Of a stretch of 39,384 bases of DNA, positions 19,136 through 27,775 are shown piece after piece (positions within the stretch are counted from its first letter, which is position 1; every line of letters starts with the position of its first letter). The notes under the pieces were generated by a model that did not search any database, was not told where the DNA came from, and worked only from the letters and a program-made list of their open reading frames with translations. The position numbers and the translations under genes were made by a program. Where the stretch lies: the NCBI GenBank assembly GCA_045642245.1, contig JAZUIL010000233.1, positions 1 through 39,384 on the forward strand. The letters are read 5' to 3'. The stretch comes from Bacteroidales bacterium (GTDB lineage Bacteria; Bacteroidota; Bacteroidia; Bacteroidales; UBA3663).

Positions 19136-19834
19136 ATGAAAAAGTTTTTCTTCCTTTGCGCAATGCTGGTAGCCGGAGTTGCTGCCAATGCACAGAATAT
19201 CCAGGTACATTATGACTTCGGTCGTAACCTTTATAGCGATGAAGAGGCAGGTCGCCAGAATATCACTGCCACATTTGAGAAATTTTCTGCTGACGCTCTC
19301 GGTTCTTGGTACTATTTCGTCGATCTGGATATCAACCAACATGGTATGGCTGGTGCTTATACAGAGGTAAGTCGTGAGTTTAACGTTGGCCAAAAGGGAT
19401 TTGCTGCTCACATTGAGTATGATGGAGGCCTGAATCTGGGTACCAGCTTCCAGACCTCGGCTTTGATTGGTCCTGCATGGAACGGACATAACGAAGACTT
19501 CTCTACCACATACTCTGTACAGGTGCTTTATAAGCAGTTCTTTGGCCAGAATGGAAACAAGGCTTATGCCAGCGCTCAGCTCACAGGTGTATGGAGTACG
19601 ACATTTGCACAGGGCAAGTGCACCTTTGCAGGATTCATCGACTTCTGGCGTGGCCAGAAGTATAATGGCCATGGCCAAATGGTGATCCTCTCAGAACCTC
19701 AGCTCTGGTACAATGTGAATGATAAGATTTCGTTTGGCACAGAGTGGGAAATCAGCAACAACTTCATCTACAATGCTTTCAATGACAAGACCTTCTTTGT
19801 CAATCCTACATTGGCAGTCAAGTTCAATCTCTAA
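19136..19834 (+). CDS. Tsx-like nucleoside/nucleobase outer-membrane channel (DUF5020-like)
   Basis: Signal peptide then QNIQVHYDFG, EYDGG, SEPQLWYN; beta-strand-rich, aromatic; salvage operon context. Confidence 0.75.
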   Translation: MKKFFFLCAMLVAGVAANAQNIQVHYDFGRNLYSDEEAGRQNITATFEKFSADALGSWYYFVDLDINQHGMAGAYTEVSREFNVGQKGFAAHIEYDGGLNLGTSFQTSALIGPAWNGHNEDFSTTYSVQVLYKQFFGQNGNKAYASAQLTGVWSTTFAQGKCTFAGFIDFWRGQKYNGHGQMVILSEPQLWYNVNDKISFGTEWEISNNFIYNAFNDKTFFVNPTLAVKFNL

Positions 19835-19866
19835 ACTAGTTCTTACAATTTATCATTTCAAAAAAT

Positions 19867-21156
19867 ATGCTGTCTAAACTTTTCGGATTTGATCCAAAGA
19901 CCATGACTCTTAAAAAAGAGATCATGGGTGGCATCACCACCTTCCTCACCATGGCCTATATTCTGGCCGTGAATCCAAGCATCCTGGGAGATGCTGGTAT
20001 GGATCCTGGTGCTGTCTTTACTGCTTCTGTCGTATCTGCAGTTGTAGCAACATTAGTGATGGCAATCTATGCTAAGTTACCTTTCTCTCTGGCCCCTGGC
20101 ATGGGTTTGAACGCGTTCTTTGCTTACACGATTGTTCTCACCATGGGTTATACCTGGCAATTCGCATTGACGGCGGTATTCATCGAAGGTATCATCTTCA
20201 TCCTGCTGACTATCTCAGGGTTGCGTCAGAAGATCGTCGATTGCATGCCATTGCTGTTACGTCGTTCCATCTCTCCAGGTATCGGTCTTTTCATTGCATT
20301 TATCGGCTTGAAGAATGCGGGTATCGTAACTGCAAATTCTTCTACACTCGTCTCTTTAGGCAATCTGCATGATCCTGCTGTATTACTGGCTTGTTTCGGC
20401 ATCCTGCTTAGTGCAGTTCTTCTGGTTCGTAATATAACTGGAGCTCTTCTGATTGGCATCTTAGTCACTACCGTTGTAGGAATCCCATTGGGTGTCACCA
20501 ACTTCACTGCTGTTGTAAGTACCCCTCCAAGCCTTGCGCCAGTCTTCTGTCAGTTTGAATGGTCAAGTATCCTGAGCGTCGATATGGTGATCTGCGTCCT
20601 TACCTTCCTTTTCATCGATATGTTTGACACGATCGGCACACTCATCGGTGTGAGCCATCGAGCAGGAATGGTCGACGAACAAGGTAACATCCCTCGCCTT
20701 AAGGATGCCTTCATGGCCGATGCTATCGGCACTACCGTAGGTGCAATTCTCGGTACTTCTACAGTCACCACGTATGTAGAAAGTGCTTCAGGCGTCAATG
20801 TAGGAGGTCGTAGCGGTCTGACCTCATTCACCTCTGCCATCTGTTTCGCTTTGGCATTGTTCCTCGCACCACTTTTCCTTGCTATTCCTGGTCAGGCAAC
20901 AGCTCCAGCGTTGGTATTAGTAGGAGTTATGATGATGCACGATATCCGTAAGGTCAACTTCCAGGAGTACATTTCGGCGATTCCTTGCTTCATCTGTATT
21001 GCCTTCATGCCTTTGACCTATTCGATCTCTGATGGTATCCTGATGGGTCTCATTTCATGGGTTCTGATTCATGTCTGCAGCGGCAAATACAAGGATCTTA
21101 ATCTGGGTATGATCATACTATCAATTCTGTTCGTTCTTAAATACGCGTTCCTTTAA
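19867..21156 (+). CDS. NCS2 AzgA-type guanine/hypoxanthine/adenine permease
   Basis: GITTFLTMAYILAVNP, APGMGLNAFF, DMFDTIGT, TYVESASG, GGRSGLT. Confidence 0.92.
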   Translation: MLSKLFGFDPKTMTLKKEIMGGITTFLTMAYILAVNPSILGDAGMDPGAVFTASVVSAVVATLVMAIYAKLPFSLAPGMGLNAFFAYTIVLTMGYTWQFALTAVFIEGIIFILLTISGLRQKIVDCMPLLLRRSISPGIGLFIAFIGLKNAGIVTANSSTLVSLGNLHDPAVLLACFGILLSAVLLVRNITGALLIGILVTTVVGIPLGVTNFTAVVSTPPSLAPVFCQFEWSSILSVDMVICVLTFLFIDMFDTIGTLIGVSHRAGMVDEQGNIPRLKDAFMADAIGTTVGAILGTSTVTTYVESASGVNVGGRSGLTSFTSAICFALALFLAPLFLAIPGQATAPALVLVGVMMMHDIRKVNFQEYISAIPCFICIAFMPLTYSISDGILMGLISWVLIHVCSGKYKDLNLGMIILSILFVLKYAFL

Positions 21157-21197
21157 TATTAGAACGATTACGAGATATTCTATTTGATTACAAAAAC

Positions 21198-21252
21198 ATC
21201 GTCCCCTCATGCTAAGGTTGTCAAAACCAATCCTATTGCATGAGGGGACGAT
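21198..21252. terminator. Hairpin between convergent genes (probable terminator)
   Basis: Perfect 15-bp arms ATCGTCCCCTCATGC / GCATGAGGGGACGAT. Confidence 0.75.
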
Positions 21253-21270
21253 TAGATTATAATGCTTTGA

Positions 21271-21975
21271 TTATTTATTAATGGTCAATCCAAGTTGATA
21301 GGCCTCTTCCATGTAACGAGTACCTGCTACAGCACCTGGTCGACCCATAGAAATCGCCTTGACAGAACCTCTCTCAGTCGGATTTGGCAGACACATGACA
21401 AATCCACGAAAACCGTTCAGACACCATTCTGCGGTTTCATCTGCATCCTGTGCACAAGCTGTAATATAGTAATACTCCTTGTTGCCCATTCGCTCGTCTC
21501 CCCAAGCCAGGAAAGTAGCATCAATGAATGTCTTCATACGATCATTGACATTCATATAATAGGTAGGAGAAGCCATGCAAAGGACATCTGCTGCAAGAAA
21601 TTTCTCAACAAGCTGACCTGTGGCATTGTCTCGAGGTACGTCATGTGGCTTATTTGCGCCATCAGCTGTAAGGAACTCCAGATCTAAATCGGCTAAAAAG
21701 ACTTTTTCTACTTTGCCTCCAGCCTCTTGTGCACCTCGTACGAATTCGTCAGCGAGCAGATCTGTATTGCCACCACGACGGGGACTTGAACTGATTACCA
21801 ATACGTATTTCCCCTCTTTCTTATTGACCGTTACGTCGCTGTAAGGGATTCCTGAGACTTCTGCAAGAGAGGCGCCTTTCGCTGGTGCTGGAGCAGGACT
21901 CTCTTGTTGACCTCCTGTACAAGCAGAGAATGCACACATCAGAAGAATAGCAAAAGATGAAAAATTTACATTCAT
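21271..21975 (-). CDS. Flavodoxin-like / NADPH-dependent FMN reductase family protein with lipoprotein signal
   Basis: SSSPRRGGNT, ASPTYY, MKTFID motifs; N-terminal hydrophobic stretch with FSAC lipobox. Confidence 0.8.
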   Translation of the reverse strand: MNVNFSSFAILLMCAFSACTGGQQESPAPAPAKGASLAEVSGIPYSDVTVNKKEGKYVLVISSSPRRGGNTDLLADEFVRGAQEAGGKVEKVFLADLDLEFLTADGANKPHDVPRDNATGQLVEKFLAADVLCMASPTYYMNVNDRMKTFIDATFLAWGDERMGNKEYYYITACAQDADETAEWCLNGFRGFVMCLPNPTERGSVKAISMGRPGAVAGTRYMEEAYQLGLTINK

Positions 21976-22029
21976 AATATTAAGGTATTTTATTGTTGAT
22001 TGCATCTCAAAAGGGATGATAAGACAGTC

Positions 22030-24870
22030 TTACCCTTTACGCTTAACCAATTCGTTCGGATTCTCTCCAAAGTATTCCTTATAACATTTAGTGAAATAAC
22101 TTGGAGCCGTAAAGCCTACTGCATAAGCTACCTGTGCAATAGTCTCATCTCCCTGAGCCAACATCTGCTGAGCTCGCTTCAGTCGGGTATTACGAATCAG
22201 CTCGACTGGTGAATAGTTGGTCAAAGCCTTGCACTTACGATAAAGCTGTGCACGGCTCATGCCAATCTCATCACCTAATTGCTCTACTCCGAAATCCGGA
22301 TCTGCCAGGTTCTGATCAATCATTTCTCGCATCTTGCGAAGGAACTTATCGTCTAACGATGATTCCTTGATAGGAATGTTATTCTGCTGCTTTGATACTT
22401 TGGCAGAAGGTTGAGAAACCGAACCTTCGCTAAAGAAATCGCGAACCCTATCATGACTCTTAACCAAGACATCGAGCTGAGCAATAAGGACATCGCTGCT
22501 GAATGGCTTTGGGATATAGGCATCGGCACCTTCTTGATGACCTTGCACACGCTGCTCGTCAAGATTGCAGGCGGTAAGCATCAGTACCGGAATATGACAG
22601 GTATTGACTTCTGATTTTAGACGGCGACAGGTCTCCATTCCATCGATACCTGGCATCATCACATCGCAGATAATGATGTCTGGAACGAGTCGCATAGCTT
22701 TGCGGATACCTTCCTGACCGTCTGCAGCTGTGAATACATGATAATTTGGGCTCAGCAATGTACGTAAATACTGACGGATATCTGCATTATCGTCAATAAC
22801 CAGTACTGCTGGTTTTGGATCATCTTCTGCAAGTTCCTGAGGTTCGATAACCTCTGCCAACTCACTTTCAACCTGTGCCGCAGTGATATTGACAGCACGA
22901 CGCTGTTCCTTCTCTGCCAGTGACTCAGTAAGTTCGCGGATAGGTAATATGACGGTAAAGATGGATCCGGTACCCACACTCTGATTCTTTACATCGATAG
23001 TACCACCGTGCAACTCCACAAAGTTCTTGACCAGTGCCAATCCGATGCCAGATCCTTCATGGTGAGCGGAATCTATCTGATAGAAATTCTCAAAGATCTT
23101 CTGAATATGCTCTACATTGATACCTGGTCCTGTATCTCCAATACGAAGGATTATAGATGAAGAATCCTTAAGTCCTAATTCAACCTCGATACGACCATTC
23201 TCAGGGGTAAACTTGAAAGCATTACCCATGATATTAAAGAAGATTCGCTCTAACTTCGGAAGATCTCCCATGGTATGGAACGCTGTATCTGAGCAGTTTT
23301 CCTGTATATTCAAGTCGAGCTTAATATGTTTCTTATAAGCCAGTCCTCTGAATGAATCATACCATCCCTGTACAGCTTCCCTGAAATCAATGGCTTGAAG
23401 ATTGAGCTCCAATTTGCCACTCTCATATTTGCGGAAATCAAGAATCTGATTGACAAGACGCAACAATACCTGCACATTCTTATGAGCCAGTCGCAAAAGC
23501 TGCTGACGGCTATCTCCAGCAGTCAGGCCATCGGCATCTGCCGCATTCATCAACTGTTCGATAGGGCCATTGATAAGGGTCAACGGAGTGCGGAAATCAT
23601 GTGAAACATTGGTAAAGAACATCAACTTTGCTTTTGTTGCTTCTTCAAGCTGCTCAGAAAGGGCTTTAAGCTGCTCATTCTGTGTCTCAAGTTGATCTCG
23701 CTGCTCTTTAAGCTTATCTCGTTGTTCCTTGAGGGTCTTCTGCTGACGGGCAAGGCTTTCATTGATCATCTTCTTGGCATAATACTGACGATATAGAATG
23801 ATGATAAAGAAGATGACAATACCCAAAAAGGTTAGCATAGAATAAAGCAAAGCCTGCTCAAGATTATGCTGCTGCCAGAAATAATCGACACGGCCTTTGA
23901 GCATCTGCACCGTATCAACCTCACGAAGGACCTCCTGATAAATGTTGTTTATCATCGGAGCATTGACCGGATCAATGAGGTAAGTATTCAGCTCTGTATT
24001 TCGTTCAAATGGTTCTCCGTTGAGAATCTTGAATGCCGTCTGGATAATCTGATCGCCTCCTGTGGCATAGACAGCAGATGCTTCCATCCAACCATTGAGG
24101 ATAGCCTCTACTCCATTGCCAGGACCGGTAAGACCATCAACGCCGATCAGTTGGATATCATTATTTGGCATTTTTCGCTCAAGAGCAATATGTGCACCGA
24201 TAGCCATCTGGTCATTCTGAGCCAGAATCATCTTTACATCAGGATGTAGCAGAAGGAGACTGTCGGTAATGTGTTCTCCTTGCTCTTTAAACCAATTACC
24301 TACAGCCTGCACAATCTCATATTTATCGACCTTGTCTCCTAATCCCTTAATGAAACCTTCATGACGTAATTCGGCAGGAGTTGAACCTGGCAGACCAAGC
24401 AACTCAAATACTTTTCCTCCTTCAGGAAGCATCATGGTAAGTGACTGAGCCATCAGTTGACCTACCGCCAGATTGTCACCACCGACGAAAGCCGTATACT
24501 TCTCTCCTTCTACCTTACGGTCTGCTACAATGACTGGAATACCGGCATCATAAGCTTTAGAAACTGCCGGTGTAAGAACAGCAGCCTCATTAGGAGACAC
24601 GATGAGCAAATCGACTTTTTCGTTGATGAAATAATCGATATCTGCTGCCTGCTGATCATTGTCGTCATGAGCCGACCTGACTTCGAGAGAGATTTCAGGA
24701 TGGAAAAGCAATTCTCGCTGCATCTCCTCATTCAGCTTAGTGCGCCAAGCATCATCGCTACATTGAGACACTCCAAGTCTAAACGTTTTCTCTGTACCCT
24801 GTCGGCCACATGCAGATATTAGTACTGAAAACGTAATAAAAAGAAAGAGCTGAAAGAATTGTCTTTTCAT
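22030..24870 (-). CDS. Hybrid two-component sensor-regulator with periplasmic sugar-binding domain (BT1754-like fructose sensor)
   Basis: RbsB-like domain (GVSQCSDDAWR), TM helix, SHDFRTPLT HisKA, GSGIGL, receiver CDVMMP, AraC HTH. Confidence 0.93.
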   Translation of the reverse strand: MKRQFFQLFLFITFSVLISACGRQGTEKTFRLGVSQCSDDAWRTKLNEEMQRELLFHPEISLEVRSAHDDNDQQAADIDYFINEKVDLLIVSPNEAAVLTPAVSKAYDAGIPVIVADRKVEGEKYTAFVGGDNLAVGQLMAQSLTMMLPEGGKVFELLGLPGSTPAELRHEGFIKGLGDKVDKYEIVQAVGNWFKEQGEHITDSLLLLHPDVKMILAQNDQMAIGAHIALERKMPNNDIQLIGVDGLTGPGNGVEAILNGWMEASAVYATGGDQIIQTAFKILNGEPFERNTELNTYLIDPVNAPMINNIYQEVLREVDTVQMLKGRVDYFWQQHNLEQALLYSMLTFLGIVIFFIIILYRQYYAKKMINESLARQQKTLKEQRDKLKEQRDQLETQNEQLKALSEQLEEATKAKLMFFTNVSHDFRTPLTLINGPIEQLMNAADADGLTAGDSRQQLLRLAHKNVQVLLRLVNQILDFRKYESGKLELNLQAIDFREAVQGWYDSFRGLAYKKHIKLDLNIQENCSDTAFHTMGDLPKLERIFFNIMGNAFKFTPENGRIEVELGLKDSSSIILRIGDTGPGINVEHIQKIFENFYQIDSAHHEGSGIGLALVKNFVELHGGTIDVKNQSVGTGSIFTVILPIRELTESLAEKEQRRAVNITAAQVESELAEVIEPQELAEDDPKPAVLVIDDNADIRQYLRTLLSPNYHVFTAADGQEGIRKAMRLVPDIIICDVMMPGIDGMETCRRLKSEVNTCHIPVLMLTACNLDEQRVQGHQEGADAYIPKPFSSDVLIAQLDVLVKSHDRVRDFFSEGSVSQPSAKVSKQQNNIPIKESSLDDKFLRKMREMIDQNLADPDFGVEQLGDEIGMSRAQLYRKCKALTNYSPVELIRNTRLKRAQQMLAQGDETIAQVAYAVGFTAPSYFTKCYKEYFGENPNELVKRKG

Positions 24871-25035
24871 GAACTGATATTTATAAAGATAAACAGTATT
24901 CGTGCGCAAAAATACTAATTTCAAAGGAAAAATGCAACCCTGAAGCATTGTTTTTTTATTATTATAACCCGTTTTAATCGAAAAATACTTCAGAACTTCC
25001 CATATTACTTATATTTTGCACGTATCCTTGGTCAT

Positions 25036-25070
25036 AAAAATAGCACCCATCCGTCACAGATGAGTGCTAT
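25036..25070 (-). terminator. Intrinsic terminator of the 36-aa sORF
   Basis: Minus strand ATAGCACTCATCT-GTGAC-GGATGGGTGCTAT-TTTT. Confidence 0.75.
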
Positions 25071-25095
25071 GCTATTAATAATTACTATTTGCTAA

Positions 25096-25206
25096 TCAGA
25101 TGAATGGGTTGACACCCGCTTCATAACATGGCTTATAGAGCGAATACATATTGTTGCAATAGCTCTTAAACGCCTTTTTTACATACTTTCTAACATGCTT
25201 TGTCAT
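25096..25206 (-). CDS. Small protein, 36 aa (MTKHVRKYVKKAFKSYCNNMYSLYKPCYEAGVNPFI)
   Basis: Read manually (below the ORF-track cutoff); own -7 element TACCTTTG at 25276-25283 and own terminator. Confidence 0.7.
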   Translation of the reverse strand: MTKHVRKYVKKAFKSYCNNMYSLYKPCYEAGVNPFI

Positions 25207-25493
25207 AACACGATTCTTTTAAAATAATACCTAAAATAAACACTATAAAGCAAATATCTTGTCTTTTCGACGCTGCAAAGGTAGGGCTGTTTTTCTTTGT
25301 TCAAACAAAAACTTCAAAAAAACTCACTTACAAAACCTTTTCAGGGTCTGTTTGACAGTTATACTAGGCAAATAGCCTCGATTTTTGGTCTTTTTTTGTG
25401 TAAAAATCGTTCAAATAATGGCCGGAATAACAGTTCTCAAATGGCAAAACTGTACTTACAAAGAGTAAACATTAAACAAATCGGAATACTTAT

Positions 25494-25524
25494 TTTGTTA
25501 AATCAAAGTTATCTCTTATATTTG
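25494..25524 (+). promoter_or_regulatory. Sigma-A promoter immediately before the ThiD-AraC start codon
   Basis: TTTG (25494-25497), 19 nt, TATATTTG (25517-25524), then CAGCA-ATG. Confidence 0.7.
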
Positions 25525-25529
25525 CAGCA

Positions 25530-26615
25530 ATGAATACTATACTTTGCATCAACGGATCAGACAGCTCTGGTTTTTCTGGTATACAGGCAGACATTCGTAC
25601 CATCAAAGATCTTGGTGGCCATGCTGTTACTGCTGTCACTTCTGTCACAGTACAAAATAATACGAACATCCGTGACATTCACGAACTGCCATCAGATCTA
25701 GTGGCAGGACAAATATGTGCCATCTACGAAGACGAGCACCCAAAAGCCGTCAAAGTGGGAATGATCAACAATGCGGAAACCATCCGTATTGTAAGAAATG
25801 AGATTGTGGGTTGCAAACAAATCGTATGTTCTCCAGAGGTTCTCTCTTCTCATGGCGGTTGCCTGATGTCCAATGATGCCATCAAGGCCTTCAGCACGTA
25901 TCTATTTCCTATCTGCTCATTATTAATATTAAAATGCACAGATGCAGAAATAATATTCGGTCGAAGGATTACCACAGATGAGGATATGAAAATCGCAGCA
26001 CAAGAACTTCAGCAAATGGGAGCAGAATGGATCTTGCTACGTGGAGGAACATATATGGAAGGACGAATCAACGCCTTGCTTTTCGGCAAAGATTATCTTA
26101 GATTCTTCTCCTCAGTAAATATTGAAGGATGGCAGAAACATGGTGTTGGTGGTACCCTCTCTACCGCTATCGCTTCACGATTGGCTTTTGGTGATGAAGT
26201 ACCAGAGGCCGTATCTCATGCCCACGACTACCTTCATAGCCAGGTCGTGTATGCTGATACTTCTGCTCAGAATGCAAAATCCTTACAGCCACAACACCTG
26301 TATAACACATTTCTTTCTCTTGTGGCTGATAATTATCAAACAGCCCATGATGTGATGTTCTATGCTGAAAAGTTATCTATTTCAACGAGATATCTTTCGC
26401 AGATTACAGGATCCGTTGGAGGTCTCTCTCCCAAACAGATCATAGATAATTATCTTTTGCAAGAGATTGAAAAACTTCTTTCAAACACCACTATGACTAT
26501 TCAGGAAGTGGCTAACGCCCTTGGCTTTTCTTCCCAGATTACTTTTGCTAAGTTCTATAAAACCAAGAAAGGCTTGTCCCCTAGTGCTTTCAGAAATAGT
26601 CTTCAATTCAAATAA
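25530..26615 (+). CDS. ThiD/HMP-kinase-like domain fused to AraC HTH
   Basis: N-terminal GSDSSGFSGIQADIRT, VTVQN, AVKVGM; C-terminal YAEKLSISTRYLS...IQEVANALGFSSQITFAKFYKTKKGLSPSAFR. Confidence 0.88.
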   Translation: MNTILCINGSDSSGFSGIQADIRTIKDLGGHAVTAVTSVTVQNNTNIRDIHELPSDLVAGQICAIYEDEHPKAVKVGMINNAETIRIVRNEIVGCKQIVCSPEVLSSHGGCLMSNDAIKAFSTYLFPICSLLILKCTDAEIIFGRRITTDEDMKIAAQELQQMGAEWILLRGGTYMEGRINALLFGKDYLRFFSSVNIEGWQKHGVGGTLSTAIASRLAFGDEVPEAVSHAHDYLHSQVVYADTSAQNAKSLQPQHLYNTFLSLVADNYQTAHDVMFYAEKLSISTRYLSQITGSVGGLSPKQIIDNYLLQEIEKLLSNTTMTIQEVANALGFSSQITFAKFYKTKKGLSPSAFRNSLQFK

Positions 26616-26626
26616 ACGGCAACTAA

Positions 26627-26663
26627 AAAAGAGCTGGCTTCCAATTGAGAAGCTAGCTCTTTT
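26627..26663. terminator. Bidirectional terminator between convergent genes
   Basis: AAAAGAGCTGGCTT / AAGCTAGCTCTTTT stem with A/T tracts on both sides. Confidence 0.8.
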
Positions 26664-26666
26664 CCT

Positions 26667-27602
26667 TTATTCTGGCTTGATACGGAACAGAACCGTATTC
26701 TGATAAGTGATGGATTTGTTTCTCGAGAAGAAAACCATACCATCGCAAGGTGACATGACTTCTGCAACTAACGAACCATCATAAGGATGCATTATCCTTG
26801 CTATAATTTGACCTTTCTGAATTGAGGTTCCAGCATCAACAACATCTACTAAGATACCTGCATGCGAAGCCTGGATTGTCGGACACTGATCTTCATCAAT
26901 AATCTGAGAATCACATCCATCTGAAACCATCATCCCTAAAAGGAATCCCTGTGCAGACATAAAACGCAAGACACCATCAATGGCTTGCTGTGCAGTTTGT
27001 GGGTCGATCGTTTCAGTTGTTCCTGCATACAGAGAGAAGGCTTGTGTATCCCAAATCTGCCAGTTGTAATTGAGCAGAACCGTATCAAATGGAGCAGGCT
27101 TACGAGTGGAGACATAAGGGAATCCGAACAGCTTTCCTAAAGAAATATCGGTGGCTCCTGTTCCAGTATCAATTACTCGGACATGCGGTACAAAATTTCC
27201 AGGCAGATAGTATGACGCTAATTGAATGCCATACTTATATTCCTGGATAAACTCAAACAATCCTGCGGCGATACGCTGAGTAGTTTCTCCGAGATCATAG
27301 CCTGGAAACATGCGGTTGATATCCGTATTATCGAGCGCCCAGAAACGTTTCTCAATATTCATAGAGAAAGGATTGACCGACGGGATGACGCTGATAGACA
27401 CACCATCGGCTATCTGTCCGTTGGCCTCCAGCTGTTTCAGCTCATTGACCAGACGAGACGCAATATACTGCTGTTGCATCTCATCTCCTCGCATCGCACC
27501 CACAATGGCCAGCGTCTTAGCTCCCTGGCCAAACGTATAGGCTTTGATGCGGAAATCGTCACGATAAGGTGACGACATGGTAAATATGGTTTGGATTTTC
27601 AT
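26667..27602 (-). CDS. M14/succinylglutamate desuccinylase-aspartoacylase family protein with degenerate metal site
   Basis: DINRMFPG and C-terminal barrel-sandwich-like domain retained, but MRGDE, IQLA and LYAG stand where the paralog has THGDE, IDIH and AEMG. Confidence 0.82.
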   Translation of the reverse strand: MKIQTIFTMSSPYRDDFRIKAYTFGQGAKTLAIVGAMRGDEMQQQYIASRLVNELKQLEANGQIADGVSISVIPSVNPFSMNIEKRFWALDNTDINRMFPGYDLGETTQRIAAGLFEFIQEYKYGIQLASYYLPGNFVPHVRVIDTGTGATDISLGKLFGFPYVSTRKPAPFDTVLLNYNWQIWDTQAFSLYAGTTETIDPQTAQQAIDGVLRFMSAQGFLLGMMVSDGCDSQIIDEDQCPTIQASHAGILVDVVDAGTSIQKGQIIARIMHPYDGSLVAEVMSPCDGMVFFSRNKSITYQNTVLFRIKPE

Positions 27603-27609
27603 AAAAATT

Positions 27610-27775
27610 GGACCCTCCCCCGACCCCTCCACAAGGGAGGGGAGTAAAATGTTTTTTCAAAGAGAGGTGTTTTTAATTTTATTTTTAACTAATGAGGAAA
27701 TCACTCCCCTCCCTTGTGGATTTCTGCCCCCGCTGTTCGGGGGATAGAGGGGGTGCGGCCGGTTGAGGGAGGGTC
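27610..27775. repeat. REP doublet; right arm interrupted by a 40-bp second hairpin unit
   Basis: Left arm 27610-27647; right arm split into 27703-27720 and 27761-27775 around a CCCCCG-N5-CGGGGG-containing insert. Confidence 0.85.

Noticed and set aside
25284-25529. TPP riboswitch upstream of the thiD-like gene
   Set aside because: No CTGAGA/ACCTG core, and the promoter abuts the start codon.
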